This document shows, piece by piece, positions 27,498-40,713 of a DNA stretch of 64,000 nt (the first letter of the stretch is position 1; each line of letters begins with the position of its first letter). This stretch comes from Octopus sinensis (Eukaryota). The notes beneath the pieces are model-generated. The model ran no database searches, was not told the DNA's origin, and saw only the letters and a program-made list of their open reading frames with translations. The translations under genes and the position numbers were made by a program. The stretch is from assembly GCF_006345805.1 (NCBI RefSeq), contig NC_043011.1, positions 40,312,464 through 40,376,463 on the forward strand, read 5' to 3'.

Positions 27498-27988
27498 TTA
27501 AAATTTGTGCGTATTTGCATGGCTGATATGTGTCTTCTATACTGTAGTTCATTTTTAGTTCTAACAGTCTTGGATCAAATCTCTTGCCAGGCAATTAGAC
27601 CTCCGAAATTTAGTGTTCTGCTACTCCAAATTCAAACAGTTTTTATGATGGTTAGATAAGGACAAGGGAGATGGCCAAGCCCATAGAGAAGAACTATACC
27701 TAATGCATAATTTTCTTCTCTGCGTTTCACTGTTTGGAGTTAAAATCTTGCGAAAATCAACTTCGTCTTCTTTTGCAGTGATTGTTATATTGGGTCCATT
27801 TTGTTCTTCTTTTACAAAATAAATTTAATTCTAGTGTAAAAGAAATGATTATTATTGAAAATAATTTAATGATATGGGAGGATGTCATCCCACAATAGTC
27901 TCTTTGGTCGATATCTTTGTGGTGTTTCTTTATCTTTTTTTATTATTGTAATATTTTGCTTTATCTAATTCCCTATTAGATGATTGAT

Positions 27989-27995
27989 TTGTGTG

Positions 27996-28065
<70 letters not shown>

Positions 28066-28172
28066 CACACATACACATATATATATATATATAATATATA
28101 TATATATGTATGTGTGTGTGTGTGTGTATATATATATATACACACATACACATATATATATATATATATATA
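27989..28172. repeat. Compound (TA)/(TG)/(CA) microsatellite with a duplicated ~80-bp higher-order unit
   Basis: (TA)n-gtat(GT)n-(TA)n-cacacatacaca-(TA)n occurs twice. Confidence 0.9.
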
Positions 28173-29589
28173 TGATGATCTATTTTGGAAATAGCTGCAC
28201 TAACTGCTTAGTATCATTTAGTCTCTTGCCTTGTTCTCTCTCCAGTCCCCACTATTGTATCATATTACTTTTGTTGACATAGGAGACAGTGTCTTTTTTT
28301 ACTATCACAACTTCTCTTTCTCACTTCCAGGTTATACTATATTACCTGTTGGTTTTTTTTTTCTGCACATGACACTACACGTGTGCATTTGTAATCCAGC
28401 ACTAGTATTTGTCAATCAAAGTTTGACAAAAATCCCATTTACCAGCCTATTCCACTGCTAGTACAATGGCTTGTACGCAGTTTGTTGCATACTGCCTCCA
28501 ACTCCATGCAGGCCCACCTGGCACACTCACCCCTTTTCCACTTGGCACTTCTAATTTGTTACAGTTTAACTATCTGCTGTACCGAATCTTTCCTACCCTA
28601 GAGCATTCCTTCTGGAATTTCTTGTCTGTCTATCCCCCACCACCAACACCACCACCATAAGCATCAATTTAGAGATATTCTTGTTGAAGTATATTGATCA
28701 TGGAAATCTTGGAGGGCCTGTGAGGTTAAAGAGCAACTGTCCTTTCCTCTTGGCTAAGCCATAATGAAACAAAGCAAAGCAATCAATGCCGGCATGTAAA
28801 GTTGGCAAAGCTGTTTGATATTATGGAAAGATGTTAGAGAAATTGGTTTGTGAGTAGGCAGCAGCTGAAATCTCTCTTTGATTGAGTTGGTCTCCTCTCT
28901 TTGTCTTATAGTTTGAGATAAGCGAAAACATCTAGAGCTTTTTGTTTCCATCATCATCATCATCATCATCTTTTAATTGCAGCTGCTACACTTCCTTAAT
29001 TCTTGATACTAGGTGGGTAGAATAGCAAAGACTAATGGAGTTTTCTGATTTAATATCTGTCAGTATTTAGTTTCACCCAGCTACATTCTGATAGATAAGC
29101 ACCAGGCAGACACTGGAGACCATTCAATTGGTTAAACTATGCTTTACATACGTGTTGGTTTGTGCCTAACCTAGAAAATTTTATCAAGCAGCATTTCTTC
29201 TAATGCCTTACATTTTAAATTCAAATGCCACTGAAGTTAGCTTTGTCTTAGTCTTTTGAACATGATAAAATACTAAAATACTGGGAGTCTGTGTAATCGG
29301 CTAATTCCCACTCCCACCTCACCTGAAATTGCTGCTGACCATGTGCCAAGATTTGAAATATAACGACCCTCCCTTCTGAAGCCCCTGTAGTGAATAAAAG
29401 AAAAAGTGCTTAGCAGCATTTCTTCTGGCTTTATGTTCTGTGTTCAAAATACTCTGAGGTCGACTTTACCTTCCATCCTTTTGGGGGTCAATAAAATCAG
29501 TTGCAGTTGAATGGTCAATGTAATCGATTAGCTTCCTTCCTCCAAATTTCAGGCTCTGGATTGTTTTTGTTCTTGTTGTTATTGAGTGA

Positions 29590-30185
29590 GAGAACAGCAC
29601 ATGCCATCTAAGTGACTCTGGGGTTCAAATAGACAAAGCCCAATATACCCATCATGACTACCCATCTGATAACATTACACTTGACACCTGCATCACAACC
29701 ATATGTGCATGACATGCTGACCTCATGTCAAGATTAACAGCATATGACCTTCCAGATGTGGCCAGTCAGAATTCTTTTCAGGTTGAGTAGCCCATTCCAC
29801 TCAAAAGGTCCCTGAACATGGGTTGTTTACAGATAATGAATGAAACACCTATGTTTCCAAGGATGAATTATTCAAATCACCAAGAAACCTTTCAGCACAT
29901 GAATGCTGCTGCTCCATTGTTCCTGCTTGTGATTTAGTGATGCATTTATTGTCAGCCACTTAGGGACATGCTCAAGTGGTTATGGTCAAGCAACTGATAA
30001 GCAAATCTGTGGTATTCAGCACACTTCCAATCAGTGAAGAGTGGTTGGTATTAGGAAAGGCATCCAGTCATAGAAACCATGCCAAATCAGACTGGAATTT
30101 AGTACAGCCTTCCAGCTTGCCAGCCCTGGTCAAACTGTCCCACCCATGCCAGCATGGACAGCGGATGCTTGATAAAAGGATAATA
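29590..30185 (+). mobile_element. Interspersed repeat ending in the family C tail (ggcatccag..tagaaaccatgcc...ccacccatgccagcatgg)
   Basis: The same tail recurs at ~7170, 8500(-), 10390, 22395, 22755, 42290 and 43910(-), often followed by (GAT)n. Probably a LINE/SINE 3' end; the class is inferred. Confidence 0.6.
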
Positions 30186-30189
30186 ATGA

Positions 30190-30850
30190 AGGCGGTGAGC
30201 TGGCAGAAATGCTCAACAGTATTTCATCTGTCTTCACGTTCTGAGTTCAAATGCTGCCGGGGTCAACTTAGCCTTTCATCCTTTTGGAGTCGATAAAATA
30301 AGTACCAGTGAAACATTGGGGCTGATGTAATCAACTAGTCCCCTCCCTCAAATTTCAAGCTTTGTGCCTAAAGCAGAAAGGATTATTATTTATTATTATA
30401 TGGCAGAATCGTTAGCACACTAGCAAAATTCTCAGCAACATTTCATCTGCCTTTACATTCTGAATTCAAATACCGCCAAGGTCAACTTTTCCTTTCATTT
30501 TTTTCAGGGGCGATAAATTAAGTACCAGTTGAGTACTGGGGTCTGTGTAATTGACTATTCCGCTCCCCAATTTCAGGCCTTGTAGCTATAAGTAGAAAGG
30601 ATTATTATTATAGTAAGGGCAATGGGTTGGCATTGGATGAAATGCCTTGTGTTTTCTCTGACTCTTTATGTTCTTTGTTCAACGCCTGCCATGGCCAAGT
30701 GTTTTTTACACTGAACAAAATGTACAATATTTACATTCTTCATTCTTGCAGGGTTGATAAAATAAAGTATTATATAATACTGGGGGTGGATTGAATTAGC
30801 TAACTCTTTATCCCCACCCCAAATTTCTTGCCTTGTGCCTATAATAGAAA
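30190..30850 (+). mobile_element. Cluster of 3 tandem family A SINE copies
   Basis: Three successive head-core-tail units, each ending in agaaaggattattatt or a variant. Confidence 0.8.
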
Positions 30851-33800
30851 CATTATTGTAGCTCACGCTATTGTTATTGTTACTGTTATTATTAGCAATA
30901 GTAATATTAAGCTGTTGCATACTACTTCAGTTTGCAGGGAGTTTTGTATCATGGCGACAAGTATTCTCAAATCTATGAGAGAGAGAGAGAGAGTGTGTGT
31001 GTGTGTGTGTAATTGCATCAAACAGAAATACTTAGTTACACTCCTTGGTGCCAAAAGCATACTTTAGTCATTTCATAAAGGCTAGACTAAATACTGATCT
31101 TGATATAATTGACTATAAAAAATCCTTGAAGTCAATATTCCAGCTTGGCCACAGTCCAAAGACTTCAACAAGTGTGTGTATATGTGTGTAATTAACGAAG
31201 TGTTGTTGCAAAGAATAATGACATAATCATCTTTTATGTTCATTATTTATATTAACACTTAAGACATAAACAAACATGTTTTCATTTCATCTTAAGGAAA
31301 GAAAAAAAGCAAACTAAAATAAAAATTGTTGATTTTAACTTCTTCCTTCTGCTCACCATCTGTTCTTATGTTTAAGTTCCAAAGCTTTATAGGGTTGTGG
31401 TTGTTGGTTTTGGTTCTTTGTTTCGAGTTCAAACCTTGCTGAGGTCACTGTTGCTTTTCATCTTTCCTGGGTAGATACAATAAAGTATTAGCCAGGTACT
31501 AAGATCAGATTAGTGACCTTGTATCCAAATAAGTGGTGTGTGTTGGTATGGAGGTGGAGATTGCCAAAATAGGTGCAGTGGTGGATGAAATTGCATTTTG
31601 ATGGTTGGTTCTGAGTCTGACATCCCAGATTGGTGCAATGCATACCAATTAAGCATTGGTGTTGATTTCTATGGTTTTAATTTCTTTCACCCTTTGCCCT
31701 TCTCTGGAAATTTGTGATCTTGCACTAATGTTAAAAATTAATATTATTGGCTAAAGTAGTGACCAGTTCTATGTTTGTATGCAATTTTGAGAAAGAGACT
31801 CACTTGCCTATATGTGTTTCCTAGGACCCTCCTCTGTCTCATCATCATCCTCAACCTCATGGCCATTTCTGTCTCAAGTCCTAGATCTCAATGGACCCGT
31901 TACCCAGTTTCCATGGCACATAAATGACAAAGGTCACCATATCCCCACCGCCCCTGAAACAGGATGTCAATCCTTCGCATGGTTATTCATTTACAGCTAA
32001 TGAACTGGAGCAATGGAATTGGCTTGCCTTGCTTAAGAACACAACACACCACCCAGTCTGGGACCAAAACCATGGTCTTGCAATTATGAGTGTACCACCC
32101 CCTTTCACTAGAATCATCAGGTTCCATTATAGAAATGAATGGTTTAATTATCAGCAGTTGTATTTTTTAAAGTCGTTGTGTTTAATTATGAAAAAGGAAG
32201 AAAAGTACTGGGGCAATTCATTCCACTAAAATTCTTCAAGACAGTACTCTGGCATGGCTGCAGTCTAATGACTGAAACCAGTAAAAGCTAAAAGATTCAT
32301 ACAAAGTATATTCTGCAAAATTGGGGAAATCCTGGTACCTGTAAATAGCAAGGAATCTCTATCGGGAAAAAAATTACCTCTTAATGGAAATCTAATTGTA
32401 TGGGGATTTGGTCGAAACAAGGTCTTTGTTAAAATGAAATTTCTTAAAGCTGCTTTGTGGCAAAGACAGTTTTGATTCATTCAACTTTTTATGAAATGAA
32501 ACTTCATGAAAGAGAGAGTAAAATACAAGGGTGTAATAACTCTGCATTTAGGGGATTCCCCATTATGTGGAATGTATTTAAAGAATTCTGCAAGAGTAAA
32601 GAGGTTGGGAAACACTGGTCTATATCATAGAATTTTATCAAATCGTGGCAGAAAACAAAATAAATGACCTTAGGTGGGATTTGGAAATCATCTTCATGGC
32701 TCCCTCTTTTCTCTCCCACATTTTATTTATTTATTTTTCTGTGTTATTTTGCTGCCCCAAAAGTTCTTGTCAGTATTGATTATTGGTCTCTCTCTCTCTC
32801 TCCAATTTAAATGTGTGTTAAGATTTCTTTACAATTGGTGTGTGATGGGGGTGTCATTGTACAAGCCAGTGGTTTTTGGCAAGTCTTTCCTGGGGTAGTT
32901 TTTTTTTTTTTACTTTTTTTTGTTGTTTTTTGGCACAACTACCCTAATCACATAATAAATATATCTGTCTGTTCCCCTACTTCCCATTAATGAAATTTTT
33001 AGTAGTAGCAATGGCAATAGGTCTTGTGGGTGCTATAGTAGTGGGGAAAAGGAAGGGGGCTTCATTTATTTTTTTTTTTTTTGTTTCCTTTGTTTTCCAT
33101 TGTTTTATTTTTATTATCTTGTTCTTCATTCAACTATCTATCTACTCCTCCCTCTTTTTATACAGTTGATTGTAATAACACACACACACTTACAATGGTC
33201 TAGAAACCATTTATAATTTTAGAATGTTGTGTCTATTCTTCTCTGGCAACATCTATCTTTGGTTTATTTTTCTAAAGGAAAAATAATGTGAAAACTATCA
33301 AAAACACAATTTAGATTTCAAATAAATCTCCTCCTCCCCTCTCTCCCTCTGTTAATTTTTCGTACTCTAGTTTGTGAGAGCAATTGAGTTTATTTCAAAT
33401 ATTCTCATTTTAAAAATCTTCTCTGGCTAATCGTTGAGAGGACGTTGATGTTGCCTTGGTGGAGGTTTGCGTTCCCTGAATCTTCTTGTTATTTTTATAA
33501 TTTGTATATATTTTATTATAAATGCAGAACAACACCGCAGAGGAATTGACGTAAGCTTAAATAAGCCGTGATAGGTGGACCGTGGTATGGCAGAAAGCTG
33601 GCAGAATCATTAGCACACTGGACAGGCAGAATACTTAGTTGCCTCTCTTTACTTTCTGATTTCAAATTCTGCCAAGGTTGATTTTGCCTTTCGGCCTTTC
33701 GGGTTTGATAACAGCAACAAAAAGTACCAGTTGAGTACTGGGGTTGATGTTATTGACTACTCCCCCCCCCCCCTGAATTTGCTGGCCTTGTGCCAAAATT

Positions 33801-35110
33801 TGAAATCATTATTATCCATTTCATTTATTCCACACTTTAGATCCACCAGTTGTTGATAATGAAAAGACTTGGACATAGGCCCAGGTGTGGCTGTGTGGTA
33901 AGAAGCTTGCTTCCCAACCATATGGTCCTAGTCTCAGTCCCCCTGTGTGGCTCAAAGGAAACTTGTAGAATAAAAAGTACTGGGGTCCATTCAATCAACT
34001 AGAAATTCTTCAGGGCAGTGCTCCAGCATGGCTGCAGCCTAATGACTGAAACAAGTAAGAGATAAAAGACAAGAGCAAGGCATGGCTGGCTGTGTCAGTT
34101 AAGAAGCTCGCTTTGCAACCACGTAGTTTATGGGTTTAGTTCCCTTGCCTAGTAGCGCCTTGGACAAGTGGTATCTTGCCCTGGGTCACTGATCAATACC
34201 TTGAGAGTGAAGTTAGTGGATAGGAATTGTATTTATGTCCCCCGTAACTTAGAAGTTTGGCAAAAGAGACTGATAGAATAAATACCAGACTTGAAATATA
34301 CATGAGTACTGGGGTTGATTTGCTTGATTGAAACCTCCAAGGTTGTGCCCTAGCATGGCCACATTCCAGTGGCTGTAACAAGTAAAAGATAAGACAAATG
34401 TAGTTTGTGGTATTTAGTTAAAAGTCCCTTTACTTTCTGAGTTCAAATTCCTCTTGGGTAGTTTTGTCTTTCATCCTTCTGAGGTCAAAACAATGAGTGT
34501 GATAGAAAATACTAGGGATCAATGTACTTCATTATATACTCTAGAAGGCATTGCTCCAGCATGGCAACAGTCCAGTGAATGATGACAAGAATAGAATATT
34601 ATGTTTGTGATTCCAATTCTGGATATTTACATATTCCTCCTCTTCTTTCTTGACATCCTTCTTCTCTCCGTGTCATACGTACACCCCCACACAGCAGTAA
34701 AAGATGTATTTGTCAATTTGGTTTAACTTTGACAATAGAGCCTGACTTTGGCATGACTTCCTAGTCTAAATCGTGCACAATAATATAGTGTAAGCTGATT
34801 AAAGCTGCAATGCTAATATATTGCAGTGTACACATGTAAGGACACGTTAACGTAAGCATATGCAACTTGTGTGCACAAACAGGCTCATGTTCACATATAT
34901 TCGCATGCTTGCAAATGTGCACACGTCATGCATGCTCACATGTATGTTGCCCTCAGAAACACACTCAATCACATGTGGACCTGCTTATTCACATGTGCAT
35001 ACATACACTCATTCTATGACATATTCTGCATATACTCTCTCATGCTCATAGGCATAACAAACAAACATGAGTTTTCAGCACTTGATTACAGGGTGTGTGT
35101 ATGTGTTTCT

Positions 35111-35395
35111 AAATCTCTCTCTCTCTCTTTCTCTTTCTCTCTCTTCTCTTTCTTTCTCTTTCTCTCTCTTCTCTTTCTTTCTCTTTCTCTCTGTTCTCTT
35201 TCTTTCTCCTCTTTCTCTCTCTTCTCTTTCTTTCTCTTTCTCTCTGTTCTCTTTCTTTCTCCTCTTTCTCTCTCTTCTCTTTCTCTCTTTTCTCTTTCTT
35301 CTCTTTCTCTCTCTCTCTTCTCTTCTCTCTCTCTCTTTCTCTCTCTTCTCTTTCTCTCTCTTCTCTTTCTCTCTCTCTCTTTCTCTCTCTCTCCC
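35111..35395. repeat. ~285-bp almost pure polypyrimidine (CT/CTTT) tract
   Basis: Only C/T apart from two G's (in ctgttc), with a repeated ~60-bp sub-unit. Source of the spurious 34871, 35067, 35086 and 35109 ORFs. Confidence 0.95.
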
Positions 35396-35602
35396 TTAGT
35401 ATATGTACACACACACACACGCACACACAGAGCATTGTAACCAACTGACAATCCATTTTTTTCTACACACACACAAACACACACAGTGTTCGGACTGAAT
35501 TTGATAGTTTGCATAAAGAGAAAATGCAACACTCTTTCCAAAAATTAAAATAGTTTTTTAAAAATCAAAATATATCAACGAAATTATGGCTGGGAGATAA
35601 GT

Positions 35603-36150
35603 TTACTCAAAGTAGCTGCCCTCAGCTTCCAGCACCTGCATTCCTCACTGTAGCCCTGGGAAGATCTTTGAACACCTCTTTCATCTTGGCCACCAGCTTG
35701 GCCTTGGTGTTGCAGACAGAGCAGTTGGTGTCTTCCTCAATCGCGCCTCACACATAGGACAATCAAGGGAATTAAGGGGCCAGATATTGGGGATGGTGAA
35801 GTTATAGAAATTCTCCAACAACCACTTCTGACTCTTCCTGGAGGTTTGGCAAAGAGCTGAATCCAGCTACCATACACATAGCCTTCCAGCAGCAACCCTC
35901 GCCAGCTAGAGTTTGACCATAGTTTCCTGAAGCATCACATAGCTGTCTGAAATGAGCCTGAGGCTCTCTTCAAAGATGTGGGGATCAATACTGGTGTGCG
36001 GATGCAGTCATAATGCCCTCTGTGTCCTTTCCTGCTGGCCATGGCTTCATAGTCTCCTTTGCAACTGACCATGTCACATTTTACAGCAGCCTTTACAGTG
36101 CTCGGAGATCATTGGGCAACAATCATGGTGACTGCATTTTGATACCCAAC
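35603..36150 (-). mobile_element. Degenerate, internally deleted Tc1/mariner-superfamily transposase remnant (DD37D/maT-like)
   Basis: Minus-strand translation gives GDYEAMASRKGHRGHYDCIRTP (N-terminal), joined directly to PHIFEESLRL...GRLCVW*LDSALCQTSRKSQKWLLENFYNFTIPNIWPLNSLDCPM (cf. WQQDSAP.H and WPPNSPD.NP.DY motifs), ending EAEGSYFE* (stop 35603-05). Contains stops and frameshifts. Confidence 0.75.
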
Positions 36151-36546
36151 ATCAATCATCATGGTACAGACAAATCTTTTCCAGTATCCAGATGGCTTCC
36201 AGCCCTTGATGTCAGCTAGCTTTTTCTCAACTACAACTTGAATCTTGAAGATGTTCTTGAAAAAGGAGAGAGAGACATATCTTGTTTAAATAATTTTACT
36301 GTGACCATGAAGGGTTTTTGTCGAACAAATCACCCCCAGCACTTTTTTGTTGTAATCCTGACACCTACTCTGTTAGTCTTTGCCAGTCTGGTAAGTTAGA
36401 GGTAACAAACAAACCAACACCATTTGTCAAGTGATGCTGTGCACACACACACACATAATGAGCTTTCAGTTTCCAACTACCAAATCTGCTTAAGGCTTCG
36501 GTTGGCCCAAAGCTACCACATAGCCACAACTGCTCCTATACACAAA

Positions 36547-36588
<42 letters not shown>

Positions 36589-36616
36589 CATAATATCTAT
36601 ATATACATATATATAC

Positions 36617-36832
36617 CGGAGTAAACACATAAACGTGAAACAAGGTGGGAAAAAGAATACTCAAATACCAGGGGTAGAGTAATATGCTTTATTTAAAAGC
36701 AGCAGAAAATTCAACAAAATCTGTTACTCTGAGTTTCACGTTCCCGTTCGTCGAGAAAAACTGTCCGACGAACGGGAACGGGAAACTCAGAGTAACAGGT
36801 TTTGTTGAATTTTCTGCTGCTTTTAAATAAAG
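36617..36832. mobile_element. Penelope-like terminal-repeat (pLTR) fragment with a 67-bp inverted repeat, inserted in (TA)n
   Basis: Arms 36687-36753 and 36766-36832 are complementary at 65/67 positions with a 12-nt loop. (TA)n flanks both sides. Contains a hammerhead core and an AATAAA (36825-30). Confidence 0.7.
36756..36803 (+). ncRNA. Minimal type I hammerhead ribozyme motif (HH1)
   Basis: ctgt-CCGACGA-acg(GGAA)cgg-GAAA-ctcagag-TA-acag. Stem I is ctgt/acag plus aaaa/tttt. Stem III is the short near-palindrome ctc-a-gag. Predicted cleavage 3' of A36794. Confidence 0.65.
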
Positions 36833-37168
36833 TATATATATATATATATATTATATATATATATATATATAGTGAGAAAATGGATTATCACTTGAACTAC
36901 AAACTTATAGATTAGTATGAGGTTGAGTATTTCACAAGTATATATCTCTATAAGGTGCATATCTCCATGATCCTCCATAAGACTCAGCATCATGATAGTT
37001 TCTATTAAGGCTGCTCCCATTGAGTTACAAGGACAGTCCATCTGATGATCCTCCACTCAAATGTGTGTCTACTCAGTTTCACTCCAAAAAGCTTGGCTCA
37101 TCTTGATATGCTGATAGAAGACACTAGTCCATTCACCCAACATGCTTAACCACTTCGCCATGCCTACA

Positions 37169-37209
<41 letters not shown>

Positions 37210-39734
37210 GCAAGTAGTTACTATGCATCAGTTAATGTAGTAACAACAGAAATATTAACATAAGCACGTATTTCTATACCCAGATATACATCAATGTACA
37301 CACCCCATATCTTTTATATAGTCCATGTACACCCATTAGTACTTTTCTCACTAAAAGTATGTTGGACAATTCAATTACTTCCTGTATTTTCTTTTCCACA
37401 TTGGACCATTTATTTATCTTTCTCTCTCTTTCTCTATCTCTCTTTCTCTCTCTCTCTGTATGTATAAGACGTGTGTGTATATGGTTTGCCTATTATAAAA
37501 GATAAAAGAATTTATAAATTCTTGTCTGGAATGGTCAAGTTCAACATTCTCTCTCTCTCTCTCTCCCCTATAACCCCTCGTGTGTTTCGTGATTGACTTA
37601 CATCCTACATAACTAGATTAATAAATGCTGTTGTCTCCCCTCCCACCACACATACACTTGCGCACACACACACGCACACACACGTTCATGCATACATCGC
37701 ACACACAGGCAAACATGCACACACACACACACACACTTCTACACTTTGTTTCTTCCTACTCTCCCCTCTCTCTCTCTCTCTTACCCTCCCTTGGTCTATA
37801 GACTATAAATACATCTATCAGTGTTTTGTCCTTACCCCCCATCCACTCCCTCTCCGACATCCTCCCCTTCAGCTCTTGTACGTTTATATTTTTATTTTCA
37901 TCTTTTTTTCCCCCCTTGTTGTTGAGTGTGTGGGAGTAATGTTTGGGTGACTGTATGAGGAGGAAGTACTAATATCATATCTGACTTTGAACTTTTGTTT
38001 TCCTTCTTTTTCTTTTCATTTTTTTTTGTTTTTTGTTTTCATTTTATTTATTTATTTATTTACATCGTTATTATCAGATCTCCTAGTCATCATATCTAGT
38101 GCTAATTTTCAGCTCTAAACTGTTAATTCTATTATGCCTGGTCACAACTCTTGTCTGTCTCTTGTGAGATTTGTCTGAATTCCTTCATAGACAGATAGGT
38201 TAAAGAGATCAATATATTTCTCTCACTTGCTCTCTCTTATATATATATATATATATTTATATATACACACACACAAACAAACATGCATATATATATATGC
38301 ACAAGCACTGTGTGTGTGTGTATTTTTTCTGGTTCGTGATTATTATAATCGATCAACATAATTTTTTTTTTATTATTGTTATCATTCCTTGTGGTATTTA
38401 GTTGTGGTCTTTTACGTTTTGAGTTCAAATCTTGCTGAGGTCAATTTTTTTTCTTTCTTATTTTTTTTTTGCATCCTTTCAGGGGTCAATAAAATAAGTA
38501 TCACTTGAGTACTAGGGTCAATATAATTGCCTTGCCCCCTCTCCTGAATTGCTGGCCTTGTGCCAAAATTTGAAACAATTATCATCATCATCATTATCAT
38601 CATTACTAAGGAGCAAGGTAGCGGGCTGGCAGAATCGTTAGCACACTGGGCAAAATACCTAGTAGTATTTCATCCATCCTTACATTCTGAGTTCTAATCT
38701 CAGTGGTTGACTTTACCTTTCAGGGCTGATAAAATAAATACCGGCTGAATCCTGAAGTTGACGTAATCTACGATCCCCCTCCCCTAAAATTGCATATCAA
38801 ATCTCTTAATAATTGGTTAAAAAAGCAAAATCTCAATTTTGTAATTATTGATTACAAAGAAAAAAAATTTGAATTTTCTGTCATTGTTTCTAGGACATTA
38901 CAATAGCTTCCATCAAGCAAACAAATGTGGTATAAATGAGGCACATAATTTTAGGTGTTTGGATGTGTCAAATGAAAGGATAAGTCTGTTTCCTTACATT
39001 TTCCCCATAGGTTACATGATACTAAAGCTCATTATGTTGCATGCTTTTATTTTACATAAATGTGTGTGTGTGTGTGTGTGTGTATGTGTCTGTGTTTGCT
39101 TTGAAGAAGTTGGATGTTGGTATACGAGTACATGTGTGCACATAGTTGTATACAGATACAGTTGCATAGTCTCTGTGTGCAGAGGAACTGTAGTAACTTG
39201 AGTTACTAAGAGTGAAGTGCTAACTTGGAAGAAGCTTGAATATGAGTAAACAAAGCAAGTGGCCATTAAAAGCCACACACACACACACAAACCCTTACAT
39301 AATTAGAGAATTACCTAATATTTCAAGTGGAGTTTATTATATTTACATTAACTTGTGGTTTCTTTATTCTGCTATTCAGTTTCACATTACTACTTATCAA
39401 CACGGTTCAGCTCTCTTCATAAGGAGTGACACAAAGTTCTGAGTGGTTATGAAAGGGAGTCTCAACTTTAAAGACAATTACATATGAGTACCCGTGTGTG
39501 TACTAGTGCATGCCTGTACTCTTAATACAGTCATTTTCTACATAATCCTTATAAACAGGTACAAGATATTTTGGCAGTCAGTTTTGGTACCAATTCAACA
39601 CTGACTTGTTGTTGCTCTCACTCACTCCTTTTCTTTCCTTCTTTGTTTAATGTGTGTGAGCATATTCTCTTCACGTGTATGGGGAGAGAGAGAGAAAGTG
39701 TTTGTCAATCGTGCTCAGTTAATAAATTCTAAAG

Positions 39735-39767
<33 letters not shown>

Positions 39768-40170
39768 TTCTTCACACTTGTGTGTTTGTGTGTGTGCCTC
39801 CCATGTTAAAAAGTACCGTCGCTAAAACAGGTTCAGTGTCCAGTCAGCCGTGCTGTATCGCCATCATCCAAACGGCTAGAAACATTTCCCTATGCGTCTT
39901 TCGACATTAAACGTACAGCTTACAAGCATACAGCGTATTGTACATTAATCATATATAGAAATTTGTAATTTAAAGCATTTGTGAAACTAATTGTACGTGT
40001 GAAAGACAAAACAAAAAGACATTTCAGTTACAAGTTCTCTGTTTCGGAGTATACATAATATATACTATGTGTGTGTGGGGTGGGTATGTAAAATATATAG
40101 TATGTGTCTATATACATTCATGTATATATCTATATATCCACTTAATTTCATGATTTTGTTGCTGTTATAG

Positions 40171-40185
40171 GTGATCACAGCTCAG
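40171..40185 (+). CDS. Candidate 15-nt microexon (VITAQ in phase 0)
   Basis: gattttgtTGCtgttatAG|GTGATCACAGCTCAG|GTttgt. Length is a multiple of 3 with no stop in phase 0. Confidence 0.25.
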
Positions 40186-40301
40186 GTTTGTTTTCAGTGT
40201 GCATTTTGTTTCTTTTTTTTTTTATCCCATCCTTCCTCATCTTTTGTGTATCTTGTTTGATGAATTGCCGTTTCAATCTAGAACAGAGAAACTCCTTTTC
40301 C

Positions 40302-40333
<32 letters not shown>

Positions 40334-40682
40334 TATTTATATGTATCAGCTTGTGTATATTTTATTTACATATATTTTTAATACCTAGTCTCATGTCAAA
40401 AAGAGCAATATGAATTCTTTTGAAGCCATTTGATGTCTTGTAGCCATGTTTTTCTCTTTTGTGTTTTTTTTTGTATACTTTTTTTGTGTCTCTCCTTTTT
40501 TTTTCCTCTTGTTTGTTTGAATTTTGTGAATTTTGTTTTTCAAATTTCTTAAAATTTCATCTGAATATTTCAAAAAGATGCGTGTCTTCACTTATATACG
40601 TGTGATTGTGTTTTCCTGTGCATTTTTCTCAACTGTATGTACTTGTTTGCTATGTGTGTATGTATGTATGTGTCTGTGTGCA

Positions 40683-40713
<31 letters not shown>

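Noticed and set aside
27930-28282. Several YI/CV/HT-repeat ORFs (also at 41036-41496 and 56383-57041)
   Set aside because: Microsatellite translations.
32085-32125. Minus-strand CTGATGA...GAAA spacing
   Set aside because: No stem II or stem III pairing and no UH triplet in register.
34871-35541. Long ORFs of 110-189 aa (Leu/Ser/Phe-rich or Arg/Glu-rich)
   Set aside because: They are translations of the CT/AG tract, which lacks stop codons by composition.
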